A stretch of 64,000 bases of DNA, from assembly GCA_028534125.1 (NCBI GenBank), contig CM052818.1, positions 44,332,001 through 44,396,000 of the forward strand, given 5' to 3'. The position numbers and the translations under genes are program-made. This document shows positions 63,431-64,000 of the stretch, piece by piece; position 1 is the stretch's first letter; every line of letters starts with the position of its first letter. The DNA is from Lama glama. Its lineage: Eukaryota. The notes beneath the pieces are model-generated. The model was not told where the DNA came from and did not search any database. It saw only the letters and a program-made list of their open reading frames with translations.

Positions 63431-64000
63431 GGGAGAACTTGCATTAAACTGCATAGAGATTCAGGGCCCCATGTACCAGTCGTACATGTGCACACAATTG
63501 CAAGAGACTGAAACACACCAGGATCAGGACAAGGAGGCCAGTGGGTCAAAATGCAAAGACCTGGGAGGGGCCTGTTTGACTCTGGGAGCAGAAAGAACTG
63601 GCTAGTTGCATATCAGCTCTTCAAGGTACCAAATGAACGAGTCTTTTCAAAAATATGTGTAGTGAGCATCTCTTTTCCCCCTTTCCTATTTGTCTATTTC
63701 TGCTCCCCTTAAACCTCAATTATCAAAATGCAATAGCTAGGTAACATTTAACCTAACTCCTGACTTCTGCTCTACTGAGGCAAACAATGCCTTGCCTAGC
63801 CTGTTCCTGGGTTAAAAGGAGTCAGAATGAAGAATTAAGTAGTTAAAGAATGACTGACTCTCTACGCCAAGCTTCCCTTTAGTGAATCTGCAGGAGGACC
63901 CTGCAGGTAAGACAGCACCCAAAGGAAGACCAGGGGAAGCCCGTAGGTCTGCACACAATGGAAAGATGACAAAGAATCTGAACTCCTACTGTAATAATTA

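Noticed and set aside
1..64000. CRISPR array, operon or other prokaryote-style novel system
   Set aside because: The sequence is repeat-rich mammalian non-coding DNA with no regularly spaced repeat-spacer array and no gene cluster.

Overview
Eutherian mammalian non-coding DNA, almost certainly camelid (llama, alpaca or camel). The evidence is three tRNA-Ala-derived Vic-1 SINEs plus cetartiodactyl-type L1 3' ends. Much of the window is interspersed repeat: MIR, L2, L1 of several ages, MaLR/ERVL/ERV1 solo LTRs, hAT and Tigger relics, and microsatellites. Between these lie repeat-poor blocks that may be conserved non-coding elements. I recognise no protein-coding exon or genuine RNA gene; the ORFs I can place are L1 ORF2 relics and the rest look like chance ORFs. 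The window is an intergenic region or a long intron, and the host gene cannot be identified from sequence alone. I found no convincing novel multi-gene system. The leads most worth checking are small: (1) tracts where repeats are shifted strongly AT->GC, a candidate GC-biased gene conversion footprint; (2) two AG|GT recursive-splice-like junctions and several exon-like segments on the + strand; (3) a MER41-like LTR that keeps a STAT GAS site; (4) a MER53 hairpin with a miR-1302-like arm; (5) atypical retro-insertions, namely a poly(A)-only insert, a 34-bp internal L1 ORF2 piece with target-site duplications (TSDs), and a possible Vic-1 3' transduction; (6) a 34-bp palindrome that may come from template switching. 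Repeat family names come from recalled consensus sequences, and boundaries are approximate unless a TSD is given.
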